Shown here: one piece after another, positions 40,992 through 50,468 of the stretch
Numbering within the stretch: the stretch's first letter is position 1
Layout of the letters: each line of letters opens with the position of its first letter
Origin: Magnetococcales bacterium
GTDB taxonomy: Bacteria > Pseudomonadota > Magnetococcia > Magnetococcales > Magnetaquicoccaceae
Assembly (NCBI GenBank): GCA_002753095.1
Contig: PDZU01000003.1
Span: 40,946-104,945, forward strand
Length of the DNA stretch: 64,000 bases
Reading direction: 5' to 3'
Notes under the pieces: model-generated
The model's input: the letters and a program-made list of their open reading frames with translations, nothing else
What the model was told of the DNA's origin: nothing
Databases searched by the model: none
Made by a program: the position numbers and the translations under genes

Positions 40992-43900
40992 TTAGGTTTT
41001 ATCCACACGCTCTCGTTTGGTCGCCGGTTGCGCCCAGCGGGCAATCATCGCCTGAAAATCCTTGCCCCGCACCGGCTTGGTCATGTAGTCATCCATGCCA
41101 GCCGCCAAGCAGCGTTCCCGATCTCCCTGCATGGCAAAAGCCGTCAATGCAATAATCGGCACCCGACCCTGCCCCGGTACACTGGCCTCCTGCAAGCGCC
41201 ACGCATGACAGGCCGCATAGCCATCCAGCAACGGCATCTGACAGTCCATGAATACCAGATCATACGCCTGTGTTCGCAACTTCTCCAAGGCTTCCACACC
41301 ATTCTCGGCCACATCGGCCTGAATACCCAAACGGCGCAACATACCCAATTCTACCACCCGATTAACCGGATCATCTTCCACCACCAAAACCCGGTAACTG
41401 TTCAGTGCGTCTTCCCCCTCGGAGAGGCCCGGCACAACCATCTGCGGCAGTTCCTCCGCCTTGGGATAGGCCAAAGGCAAGGTGACTCGAAACAGACTTC
41501 CCACGCCGACAGTGCTCTCTACCTCAATTTCACCCGACATCAACTGCACCAGCATTTTGGTGATGGCCAGCCCCAAACCCGTTCCTCCATAGCGGCGGGC
41601 CACTGCCTTGTCTCCCTGTTCAAACAGCTTGAACAGACGCACAAAAAATTCCGGGGCAATGCCAATACCGGTATCGCGCACCTGAAAGCAAATCAGATGC
41701 ATCCCTTCCGCCATCTCCGGCTGCAGTTCCACCCGCTCGGCTGTCAGAACTACCTCACCCTGATGGGTAAACTTGATACCGTTGGAGAGCAGATTGACCA
41801 AAATCTGCCAAACCCGCACCGAATCACCTTGCACAAGCCGTGGCAGATCAGGGGCCAATTGAATGCTGAACTGTAACCCCTTCTCCTTGATCAACCCCTC
41901 AAAGAGTTTGGTCAGGCCATGCAGCAACTGGTGCAGGTCAAAATCTTTTTTCTCCAGCGTCAACTTGCCCGCCGAGATCTTGGAATAGTCCAGAATATCA
42001 TTGATCAACGTCAACAAGGCTTCGCCAGCCTGCATCATGCTGCTGGCATAGTGACGCGCCTTGTCAGAAATCTCTTCGGCGCACAGCAACTCCGCCATGC
42101 CGACGATGGCATTCATGGGCGTGCGAATTTCATGACTCATGGTGGCAAGAAATTCACTCTTGGCCCGATTTTCGGCATCGGCACGCACCTTGGCATCTTT
42201 CAACTGGCCAATCTGCGCATGTTCGATCAACACAGCCAACGCGTTGGTGGCGGTGTGCAAAAATTCCTCTTCAAAGGGGCTGCTGTCGCGATCGGCGTCC
42301 AGGTACAGATGCAGCACACCCAGCACCCGATCTCCTGACTGCACAGGAATACAGTAGTGACCATAGGCACTCTCCTCTTCCGCATGGGCAGTCATCGGTT
42401 TGTGACAGCGGAGAGGTTTGTTCTCTTCGGCCACCTGTCCACATAAACAGTGGCCAAAAGGAACCAACGCACAATTGCTGCGCACCGAAGCCGGTAACGC
42501 CTCTTCGGCGATCAGTTGCAGTTGCCGGGCGGCACGATCGGCCAAAAAAATGGCCCCTCTCTTTTGCAAAGTCAACCAGGGCACAGCCAAAATGGCCCGC
42601 AAAGCCCGCTGCAACTGATCCGCCAGCGGGGCATCCTCCAGGGCAATGCGCAACAGATCACTGACCACCCCTTGCGCCTGATTGGCACGCCGTTCCAAAA
42701 ATTCCGCCTGACGGCGCTCCTGCACCTCGTGCTGCAACTCGGAAGTGCGTAACAACACCTGCTGTTCCAAAGAATAATTGACCTGATTCATGCGCCCTTC
42801 CAGCAATTTGCGCTCGGTAATATCAACGCAACTCCCGGAAAAACCCATAAAAAATCCATTGCCCGCAAAACGGGGCAAGGCGGTCTCATAAAACCAACGA
42901 TACTCCCCCTGGCTGTTGCGGAGTCGAAATTCCAACGAATAAGGGTGCAGATGGCTAAAGGCTTCGCTGGAAAAAAAACGATAGCGCTCCAAATCTTCTG
43001 GATGAACCCCCTGTTGCCAACCGCCATCCAACTCCTGTTCCAGAATCACCCCACGAAAACTCAACCAGGATTTATTGAAAAACATCCGTTTATTGTCTGG
43101 ATTGGAGAGCCACAACAGCCCAGGCACCGAATCGGCAATAAAGCGAAACTCATTTTTCAGAATCTCAAAATAGTCCAGATTGAGGCGATCCAGGTTCAGG
43201 AAGGTAAAGGCCGACACCACCTCCCTGCCCAGAGTGTTATGGGTGGTGGTCACGCAAAAACGGGTATAGAGCAGTTGCCCGGTCAGGGTGTTGAGATAAA
43301 TCTCATGGATCCGTTTATCGGTACGGGGTATCCAGCAGAGCGCCTTTTGCATGGGCGCCCGATTGTCGTGATTGACAAACTCCAGGGGAGTTTTACCAAT
43401 AAAACTCTCGCGGGAGTGGCCCAACATGGCACACAAGGCATCATTGACTTCGATGATTTGATGGCTGCGGGCATCGATGATCCAAAAGCCCTTCAGATCG
43501 GAGTGGATGATGTCGGAACATAGCTCGGTATTGCCGGTGCGGCGACTGTAGCGCAAAAAACTGCGGGCATGCAGGCGCAAACGGGCGATCATCTCCACTT
43601 TGCTGGGCAGTTTGACCAGATAGTCGTTGGCCCCAGCAGCAAAGGCTTGCGCCTTGATATAGGGATCCTCTTCCGAAGAGAGCATGACAATGGGCAACTG
43701 GCTGAAACTGCGCCGATTGCGAAAACGACGGATCAAAGTGATCCCATCCACCTCCGGCATCAGCAGATCAACCAGCAACAATACCGGTCGAATGGTCTCC
43801 GCCATCTGGATGGCCTGAGTCGGATCTGGACAAAAATGAAGTTCCAGATCTGTTTCATGTTTGAGGATCTGGTGCAGGAGCCGCTCGGTGACCTCTTCAT

Positions 43901-44009
43901 CATCGATCAGCAGAATGCGTGTAACCGGCTCCCCATGCTTGACGGATTCACTCACCGAGATACCCCCATAGGTGGCGCTCAATATCGGAAAAATTGGCAA
44001 TACCGTCAA
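40992..44009 (-). CDS. Hybrid sensor histidine kinase (REC-PAS-PAS-GAF-HisKA-HATPase-REC)
   Basis: It has an N-terminal receiver (RILLIDDEE...LLVDLLMPEVDG), an H-box FLATMSHEIRTPMNAI, an N/G-box set (LLSNGIKFT, VRDTGIGI, GGTGLGLAI), and a C-terminal receiver (VLVVEDDPVNR...FMDCQMPLLDG). The track start is a TTG, so the exact start is uncertain. Confidence 0.9.
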   Translation of the reverse strand: MTVLPIFPILSATYGGISVSESVKHGEPVTRILLIDDEEVTERLLHQILKHETDLELHFCPDPTQAIQMAETIRPVLLLVDLLMPEVDGITLIRRFRNRRSFSQLPIVMLSSEEDPYIKAQAFAAGANDYLVKLPSKVEMIARLRLHARSFLRYSRRTGNTELCSDIIHSDLKGFWIIDARSHQIIEVNDALCAMLGHSRESFIGKTPLEFVNHDNRAPMQKALCWIPRTDKRIHEIYLNTLTGQLLYTRFCVTTTHNTLGREVVSAFTFLNLDRLNLDYFEILKNEFRFIADSVPGLLWLSNPDNKRMFFNKSWLSFRGVILEQELDGGWQQGVHPEDLERYRFFSSEAFSHLHPYSLEFRLRNSQGEYRWFYETALPRFAGNGFFMGFSGSCVDITERKLLEGRMNQVNYSLEQQVLLRTSELQHEVQERRQAEFLERRANQAQGVVSDLLRIALEDAPLADQLQRALRAILAVPWLTLQKRGAIFLADRAARQLQLIAEEALPASVRSNCALVPFGHCLCGQVAEENKPLRCHKPMTAHAEEESAYGHYCIPVQSGDRVLGVLHLYLDADRDSSPFEEEFLHTATNALAVLIEHAQIGQLKDAKVRADAENRAKSEFLATMSHEIRTPMNAIVGMAELLCAEEISDKARHYASSMMQAGEALLTLINDILDYSKISAGKLTLEKKDFDLHQLLHGLTKLFEGLIKEKGLQFSIQLAPDLPRLVQGDSVRVWQILVNLLSNGIKFTHQGEVVLTAERVELQPEMAEGMHLICFQVRDTGIGIAPEFFVRLFKLFEQGDKAVARRYGGTGLGLAITKMLVQLMSGEIEVESTVGVGSLFRVTLPLAYPKAEELPQMVVPGLSEGEDALNSYRVLVVEDDPVNRVVELGMLRRLGIQADVAENGVEALEKLRTQAYDLVFMDCQMPLLDGYAACHAWRLQEASVPGQGRVPIIALTAFAMQGDRERCLAAGMDDYMTKPVRGKDFQAMIARWAQPATKRERVDKT

Positions 44010-44017
44010 AAAAACAA

Positions 44018-44407
44018 TCAGACGGCTGTATTATCGACCAACCAGCGCAAAGCATTTTGCACAACAGCCGCTTCTTGTTGCAAAACAGGCAACAGCTCAA
44101 CGACCGCTGTCGTGTTGTGATCACGACCGGCATATTCCAGGCGTTCGCAGAGCGTTCCCAACACCATGGCACCCATTTGGCGGCTGGAACTTTTCATGGG
44201 GTGAGCGACCATGGCCAAGGCTGCACCATCCTGATTGTTGCAAGCGGACACCATGGCAGAAAGCCGGCCAGGCAATTTATCCAGATAGAGTAAGACAACC
44301 CGCACCAGATCTTCTGGATCCAGATCTTCACGCAATAACTCCAGAGCTTCTGGATTGATGGCCGGTTGGGAGGGTTCGAAGACGGACAGATGGTGAGGTG
44401 ATAACAT
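44018..44407 (-). CDS. Hpt (histidine phosphotransfer) domain protein
   Basis: The 129 aa product carries the Hpt phospho-His motif context AHPMKSSSRQMGA. It lies 8 nt upstream of the hybrid kinase. Confidence 0.75.
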   Translation of the reverse strand: MLSPHHLSVFEPSQPAINPEALELLREDLDPEDLVRVVLLYLDKLPGRLSAMVSACNNQDGAALAMVAHPMKSSSRQMGAMVLGTLCERLEYAGRDHNTTAVVELLPVLQQEAAVVQNALRWLVDNTAV

Positions 44408-44490
44408 GATGCGGCTCCAAACCGATCAGCGGTGACCATTCGGCCTCTCTTGCAGGCCGACACACGCAATAATCCTTGCACAAAAATCAC

Positions 44491-44526
44491 AAAAAAAACG
44501 CCGCCCGGTTGAAAGTTCGGGCGGCG
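44491..44526 (-). terminator. Rho-independent terminator after the csp gene
   Basis: On the minus strand a 9 bp GC stem (cgccgcccg/cgggcggcg, 44499-44526 in plus coordinates) is followed by T8 (the plus-strand A8 at 44491-44498). Confidence 0.65.
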
Positions 44527-44540
44527 TCGAAGTCTGTCCC

Positions 44541-44753
44541 TTATAAGGGGGTAACATTCTCGGCTTTGGGGCCTTTTTCACCTTGGGTCACGTTGAACTC
44601 CACACGTTGACCTTCGGCCAAGGTTTTGAAGCCCTCGCCGACGATGCAGCTATGATGAACGAAGGCATCACCCTTGCCACCGCTCCGTTCGATAAAGCCA
44701 AAACCCTTACTGTCATTGAACCATTTAACGGTTCCGGTCTCACGAGTTGCCAT
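44541..44753 (-). CDS. csp: Cold-shock protein (CspA family)
   Basis: The 70 aa product carries the RNP1/RNP2 motifs [15 protein letters not shown] and VFVHH-like DAFVHH. Confidence 0.93.
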   Translation of the reverse strand: MATRETGTVKWFNDSKGFGFIERSGGKGDAFVHHSCIVGEGFKTLAEGQRVEFNVTQGEKGPKAENVTPL

Positions 44754-45033
44754 TTGTTATGCTCCTGCTGAAAATCGAAAAAAGATGATGGTGGTACGCG
44801 CTGGTTGGCGGACTCATGGCTGGCTTAAGACCGGACGAAAGGTTAGCCGGAACTGTGTTAAGGAGTCGGAACCGTGTGGAAAATACTTTATTTCCGGATG
44901 GATGAAGCATTAGTTTCAGGCTCTGGCTTGCTGTCAGATAACGACCACCAACTGAGAACCTTGACCGTACAACGAAAACCATCGCTTGTCAATTCAATTT
45001 TTCCCACAGACAGGGCCGCAAGGGAGGCACATT

Positions 45034-48000
45034 TCAGCGCTCTTGCCCTTTTTCTGAGCGACGCAGATGGTGATCCAATATCTGGCGCAAGGGGGTCATA
45101 AAGACAGGCTTGCTCAAGAAATCGTCCATTCCTGATGTTGCGCCATTGCGGCGGCTCTCTTCGGTGACATCGGCCGTAAAGGCGATGATGGGAATGGGTT
45201 GTTTGCCACGCTCTGCCTCCCACTGGCGAATGGCGCGGCTGGCTTGATAGCCATCCATGACCGGCATTTGGCAATCCATCAGGATCAAATCAAAACGACC
45301 GGTCTGATAGCATTCCAGCGCCAGTTGACCATTGGCGACACAGACAATCTGTTCCCGGCGACAACCCAAGCGTACCAGCATGCCCTGGGTGATTTTAAGA
45401 TTGGTGGATTGATCATCCACCACCAGGATGGCCGCCTTTGCCAATAAATCCTCTGTGGACATACCTTGGCGAGGCACTGCAGAGAGGGCGTCCCTTTCCG
45501 ACACAACCCGCTCTTCTCCGGCCAGAACGGCTGTCGGCAGACTCTTGATGCGTATGGTAAAAAAGAAGCGACTACCCACCGGCGCCGCTGGATTGGGCTC
45601 CACCGCAATCCGCCCCCCCATCATGGTGACCAGATCGCGGCTGATCGCCAACCCCAGGCCAGTACCACCAAAACGGCGGGTAATACTCTCATCGGCCTGC
45701 GTGAAGCGTTCAAAGATACGCTGCCGCTTCTCCTCTGGAATACCCACACCAGTATCCTGCACCTCAAACAGCAACTCCAGTTCGTCCCCCAGCTGTGCAA
45801 TCTGTTCACCACGCAACTGCACCGTACCCTCTTCCGGTGTAAACTTGATGGCGTTGCCCAGCAAATTGATCAACACCTGCTTGAGTCGGTTGGCATCTCC
45901 ATATACCAGCACCGGCCAACCATCGGGCAGAGAGCAAGTCAAACGAATGCGCTTTTTGCGCGCCGAAATGGTCATGGTTGCCGACAGCTCCCGGATCAAA
46001 TCCGGCAGATTGAAAGGTGCAGGATTCAATTGCAACTGTCCTGCCTCAATCTTGGCATAATCCAGCAGATCATTGATCAACAACAACAGGGCACGGGCCG
46101 AACCGTAGGCCAATTGCAACTGCTCCTGTTGTTCATCGACAGGTGGGGCATCCTGGACCAGTTCCAAAGCGCCAATGATGGCGTGCAACGGGGTGCGAAT
46201 TTCATGGCTCATGTTGGCCAAAAAGGCACTTTTGGAACGATTGGCCGCATCAGCCCTGCTGGCTGCCACCCGCAGAGCCTCTTCCCGATGTTGCCGTTTG
46301 ATGGCAATACCAATCAACTGTAGCAAAGGCGCCAGACGATCACTGAAAAACGACTCACCAAACCGCTTCTCCCGATCATAACCGGCCAGAGTACCCAACA
46401 CTTCGCCCCCCTCGCCGATGATCGGTATCGACCAAAAACTTTGCAAGCCCACCTGACACAAACATTCATGCGTTTGCCATTGTTGGTCTCCGCATAAATT
46501 TTCCATATAAATCATCTCTTTGCGATACGCAGCAATGCTGCACGGAGTGGTGGCACTCTGCAGCAGAATGCCCTCCTCTGCCGGACAGCGATAATTTTCC
46601 AGCCCGGCGATACGCAAACGCGGAGCCGTCAGGCAGTAGAGACGCTGTTCTGCATGGTTGACCATGGCAAAACAGGATACCATGCCCGGAAACAGCTCCT
46701 CGACATAGCGCATGACCAAACTGTAACTCTCCGCCAGGGGCGCTCCTGAGGCAACCACCTCCAGGAGTTGTCGCCGATAATCATCCTCCTTTTCCTGGCG
46801 CTTTTTGGCGGTAATATCCTCCTTGATGGCCAAAAAATGGCGAATTCGTCCTTCTGGATCGCGGACCGGCGAAATGGAAGCCGACTCCCAATAGCAGAGA
46901 TTATCCTTGCGACGATTGTAAAATTCACCCTGCCACACAACCCCATCTAAAATGGTGCGCCACATGTCGGCATACACCTCTGGACCAAAATGATCGGTTT
47001 TCAGCAGGCGGGGATTTTGACCCAGCAACTCCTCCTGGCTATAGCCTGTGGATTGGATGCAGGTGCGATTGACATATTCGATACTGCCAGCAATATCGGT
47101 AATGACCACCGTGATGGGGGTTTGATCCAGGGCATGGTGTAGCTTGCTCAACTCTGCTTCGTGCCGTTTGCGTTCGGCCACTTCCCGCATCAACAGGCGG
47201 CTGCGACTGGCCAAAGTGGCCACCATGGCCAAGGCACCCACCGCCAGCAACAAAACCATGCCTGCCGCCAATTGACCCCAAAACTTCCAGGAGGCGGAAC
47301 GGATACGCTGGGCCGCCAAGGTCTGCGTATCCTGCTGAATCATGGTGCCCATATCCCGCAGCAGATCAATCATGCGGGTAACCGCGATGAACCACTCTTT
47401 GGGATCCACCGCAAAGCCCCCTTCGGCATGACGTTGCACCACACGGGCACGAAATCGGTTCAATTGGCCCTGGGTTGCCTCATCATCTACCGCCTGGAAA
47501 ATATCCCGGTAACGGTTGGAAGACAAAGCCAACAACGTGTCGATATGGGCTTTGCGCTCACCTTGCAGCATGTTCCACCGTTCATACATGCCCGGTGACA
47601 GGGCGTCGGCGGTAAAAACCTCGGTCAACAATGCCCGCTCTTGCCCCAAGGATTCACCGATACGCAATAGGGAGGGCAGAACAAAAAAACGGTTGATCAA
47701 CTCCACATCCGCAATTTGCACCACCAGCTTACTGATCAGCTTGAGAACGACTGAGACAAAATGGGTATAATCTTCAATGGATTCATAGGCATCAACCGTT
47801 TGCCGATCCACCTGTTGGCGCACCACCTCCAGGCGGGACAACTCCTGCATCATCTCTTCGAACAATGTCAAAAAATGGCTATCCTCCGCATTGAGCGAAA
47901 GATGCGTGGAGAGATACTGTAGCTGTTGGCGAATATATTGATCGGTATTGCTGCGATGCTCCTGTAATTCGACACGAAACTGCTTGCCATCACTGGCCAA

Positions 48001-48213
48001 AAAACCGGAGGAGTAACCACGTTCTTTCTGCAGTTCGTAGACCAGATTGGTCAGGTCACTGACATTGACTGTCCAATGTTGCTGCACCTCAGTTCGGTTC
48101 CAGACTGCCCATTCATCGCGGATATGCAGCCAGATATAACCCACCACGATGGTCAACGGCAACAACCAGAGCAACCAACGCTCCTGAAAAACAAGGGAGG
48201 GGGGCCAACGCAT
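45034..48213 (-). CDS. Hybrid sensor histidine kinase with a periplasmic NIT-like (nitrate/nitrite-sensing) domain, then PAS, GAF, HisKA-HATPase and REC
   Basis: Two TM segments flank a ~270 aa domain that begins LVYELQKERGYSSGFLAS, which is NIT-family-like. The H-box is FLANMSHEIRTPLHAI, the G-boxes are VQDTGVGI and GGTGLGLAI, and the receiver is ILVVDDQSTN...LMDCQMPVMDG. Confidence 0.88.
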   Translation of the reverse strand: MRWPPSLVFQERWLLWLLPLTIVVGYIWLHIRDEWAVWNRTEVQQHWTVNVSDLTNLVYELQKERGYSSGFLASDGKQFRVELQEHRSNTDQYIRQQLQYLSTHLSLNAEDSHFLTLFEEMMQELSRLEVVRQQVDRQTVDAYESIEDYTHFVSVVLKLISKLVVQIADVELINRFFVLPSLLRIGESLGQERALLTEVFTADALSPGMYERWNMLQGERKAHIDTLLALSSNRYRDIFQAVDDEATQGQLNRFRARVVQRHAEGGFAVDPKEWFIAVTRMIDLLRDMGTMIQQDTQTLAAQRIRSASWKFWGQLAAGMVLLLAVGALAMVATLASRSRLLMREVAERKRHEAELSKLHHALDQTPITVVITDIAGSIEYVNRTCIQSTGYSQEELLGQNPRLLKTDHFGPEVYADMWRTILDGVVWQGEFYNRRKDNLCYWESASISPVRDPEGRIRHFLAIKEDITAKKRQEKEDDYRRQLLEVVASGAPLAESYSLVMRYVEELFPGMVSCFAMVNHAEQRLYCLTAPRLRIAGLENYRCPAEEGILLQSATTPCSIAAYRKEMIYMENLCGDQQWQTHECLCQVGLQSFWSIPIIGEGGEVLGTLAGYDREKRFGESFFSDRLAPLLQLIGIAIKRQHREEALRVAASRADAANRSKSAFLANMSHEIRTPLHAIIGALELVQDAPPVDEQQEQLQLAYGSARALLLLINDLLDYAKIEAGQLQLNPAPFNLPDLIRELSATMTISARKKRIRLTCSLPDGWPVLVYGDANRLKQVLINLLGNAIKFTPEEGTVQLRGEQIAQLGDELELLFEVQDTGVGIPEEKRQRIFERFTQADESITRRFGGTGLGLAISRDLVTMMGGRIAVEPNPAAPVGSRFFFTIRIKSLPTAVLAGEERVVSERDALSAVPRQGMSTEDLLAKAAILVVDDQSTNLKITQGMLVRLGCRREQIVCVANGQLALECYQTGRFDLILMDCQMPVMDGYQASRAIRQWEAERGKQPIPIIAFTADVTEESRRNGATSGMDDFLSKPVFMTPLRQILDHHLRRSEKGQER

Positions 48214-48951
48214 CTACCTCTCCTGGGCGGTTGACGGAGAATCGCCCTTCAACCAGATGCATGCACCGGAATCCCGCTGCAGGCGCTGCAAAAAGGCGAC
48301 ATGTTCGGTCAGTTCCTGCTCCAACAGAGGCCAATGTCGTGGTGGAATGACACCGCTGCTCTTGCCAGAGTGGCTGATGGCGTCTGTGCTGTCATGCTTC
48401 TCCTGGTTGGTGGGCAGGTCGGTCAATGCCAAGCGCAACTGGCTGCCACCGGTCAACTCCAGATAGACCGAAGCCAACAGATCGGCATCCAAAAGAGCGC
48501 CATGCAAGGTACGATGGCTGTTGTCAATTTTCAGCCGACGGCACAGGGCATCCAGCGAGGCAGACAAACCCGGAAATTTACGGCGGGAAAGGGCAATGGT
48601 ATCAATGGCACGACCCAGGGCAAGGGGGGTCCGCTGCAACCGTTCCAGTTCTGCATTCAAAAAACCCATATCAAACGAAGCGTTATGGATTATCAGAGGA
48701 TCATCTGCAATAAAGGCCAAAAAATCATCGACCAGATCAACAAAGCGGGGCGCATTGGCCACTTTTTCCTGGGTGATGCCATGCACACGGACAGCTTCGG
48801 CGGGAATATCCCGCTCCGGGTTGATCAAGGTATGGAACTGTTTCCCCCGACGATTGTTGAGCAGTTCAATGCAACCGATTTCGACGAGGCGGTCACCATT
48901 GGCAGGGGAGAGACCGGTTGTCTCCGTATCCAAGACGATCAGACGTTTCAT
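48214..48951 (-). CDS. dnaQ: DNA polymerase III subunit epsilon (3'-5' exonuclease)
   Basis: Exo I is VLDTETTG, Exo II is IIHNASFDMGFL, and Exo III is HGALLDADLL. The start is set to the ATG at 48951, which gives an ATGA overlap with the upstream stop. The kinase ATG follows the dnaQ stop with no gap. Confidence 0.88.
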   Translation of the reverse strand: MKRLIVLDTETTGLSPANGDRLVEIGCIELLNNRRGKQFHTLINPERDIPAEAVRVHGITQEKVANAPRFVDLVDDFLAFIADDPLIIHNASFDMGFLNAELERLQRTPLALGRAIDTIALSRRKFPGLSASLDALCRRLKIDNSHRTLHGALLDADLLASVYLELTGGSQLRLALTDLPTNQEKHDSTDAISHSGKSSGVIPPRHWPLLEQELTEHVAFLQRLQRDSGACIWLKGDSPSTAQER

Positions 48952-50429
48952 ACATGGGACTCGTTGCGGGCAAGAGGAGGCCAGGGCGGCGTGGCCGAAC
49001 TGCTGGCCGAGGATTGGGACCGTTTGTTGACAAAAAGAGCCGGATAATCGGCAGCAATCTGGGCCGCGACCCGCTCGCCGTTGCGCACACAATCGGCTAC
49101 GGAGATACCATCGCGCCAGTTGGCCCGCAGATAGAGACCGGGGAACTGTTGCAACTCGGCATCCACCTGCTGCAGGCGCTGTAGATGACCCAGAGTGTAT
49201 TGGGGAATGGCAGCCGCATAGCGGGTCAAATAGACGAAATCGGCAGCAGGCATCACCCCCAAGGCATGGGTCAGATCCTGTTCCACCTGAGCAATCAGTT
49301 GGGAATCATTGTGTTGCAACAGATGGGGTTGTGTGGCACCACCGATGAAGGAGGTCAACAACGCCTTGCCCTCTGGTGCCCGATCGGGAAAGAGGGTACT
49401 GGAAAAAAGGGTGCCCAACAGAGGCAACTGTTCCCGGCGGGGAATCAAAAAGCCGAAACCATCCAGCGGATGGGGAACGCCGGCCCTGGGATAGCCCAGG
49501 GCAACGCTGGCCACGGGGGCGTAGGGAATGGCCCGCAATGCGCTGACGGCACTCTTGGCAAACGGGGCCACCAATTGGGCAGCAGCAGGAGCAGGGACAG
49601 CCAACACCACCGCTTTGGCCAATATTTTTTCGGTTTTGCCAGCCACCCGATGGTCTGGCAGCACATTGACGCCATACACCTGCCAGCCCGTTCCTTGCGG
49701 ACTAGGTAGCAGACTCAATACCTTGAAACGGGTTCGCACCACGTTGGGGGTCAATTGCTGGGCGATACGGTTGGGAAGCAGACCCATGCCCTGATCAAAG
49801 GAGATCATGCGCCCTTTCGGCAATCCGGCCCCTTTGAGCAGGCGGCCCTGGTGCAGCGCACCGCGCAACAGCGAACCATGTTCCCGCTCCAGAGCATAAA
49901 TTTTGGCCACTGCCGCCTGCACCGAAAGCTGTTCTGGATCACCGGCATAGACACCGGAGATAAAGGGATCGACCACATTTTGGAAAAATTCGTCGCCCAA
50001 ACGGCGGCGCACAAACTGTGCAACGCTCTCCTCTTGACTGGCGGCGGGATGAAAGGGCTCCAACAGTAGTTGCAGCTTGGCCCGCCAACTAAAAAATGAG
50101 GAGAGAAAAAAGGCCGGAGGGGAGGTGGGTAGGGGTTTGAGTTGTCCCTCGCGCAAAATATAGCGCCGGGCCGCCAGGGGATTGGCAACTTGCAGATGGG
50201 GCTCCAGTTGTAACTGCTGGATCAAGCGGCCCAAGGCATCGTCTGGATGCCCAGGCTTTTGCAAGGTGGAGTTGGGACCATGTTCCACCCGATAGTCCTG
50301 TTTGCACGAGGTCAGGATGGCGCCACCCGGCTGGTTACGGGCCTCCAAGAGCCGCACCGGAATCCGGTGTGCCTGCAAAAACCAAGCAACCGACAACCCC
50401 GATATACCGCCACCAATCACCACAACCAC
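48948..50429 (-). CDS. hemY: FAD-dependent protoporphyrinogen oxidase (HemY type)
   Basis: The N-terminal dinucleotide fold is VVVIGGGISGLSVAWFL and the ~490 aa product is an amine-oxidase-fold protein in heme gene context. It uses a GTG start with GAGGA upstream. Confidence 0.8.
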   Translation of the reverse strand: MVVVIGGGISGLSVAWFLQAHRIPVRLLEARNQPGGAILTSCKQDYRVEHGPNSTLQKPGHPDDALGRLIQQLQLEPHLQVANPLAARRYILREGQLKPLPTSPPAFFLSSFFSWRAKLQLLLEPFHPAASQEESVAQFVRRRLGDEFFQNVVDPFISGVYAGDPEQLSVQAAVAKIYALEREHGSLLRGALHQGRLLKGAGLPKGRMISFDQGMGLLPNRIAQQLTPNVVRTRFKVLSLLPSPQGTGWQVYGVNVLPDHRVAGKTEKILAKAVVLAVPAPAAAQLVAPFAKSAVSALRAIPYAPVASVALGYPRAGVPHPLDGFGFLIPRREQLPLLGTLFSSTLFPDRAPEGKALLTSFIGGATQPHLLQHNDSQLIAQVEQDLTHALGVMPAADFVYLTRYAAAIPQYTLGHLQRLQQVDAELQQFPGLYLRANWRDGISVADCVRNGERVAAQIAADYPALFVNKRSQSSASSSATPPWPPLARNESHV

Positions 50430-50468
50430 TGTCTCTTTTCCTCTTGCCCTGGGAAGGTGCCATCGTTT

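Noticed and set aside
40999-41007. A perfect DnaA box TTATCCACA lies at the junction of the hybrid kinase stop and the downstream small gene.
   Set aside because: It is a single isolated 9-mer within or adjacent to coding sequence, with no neighbouring boxes and no AT-rich tract. It is most simply a chance occurrence.
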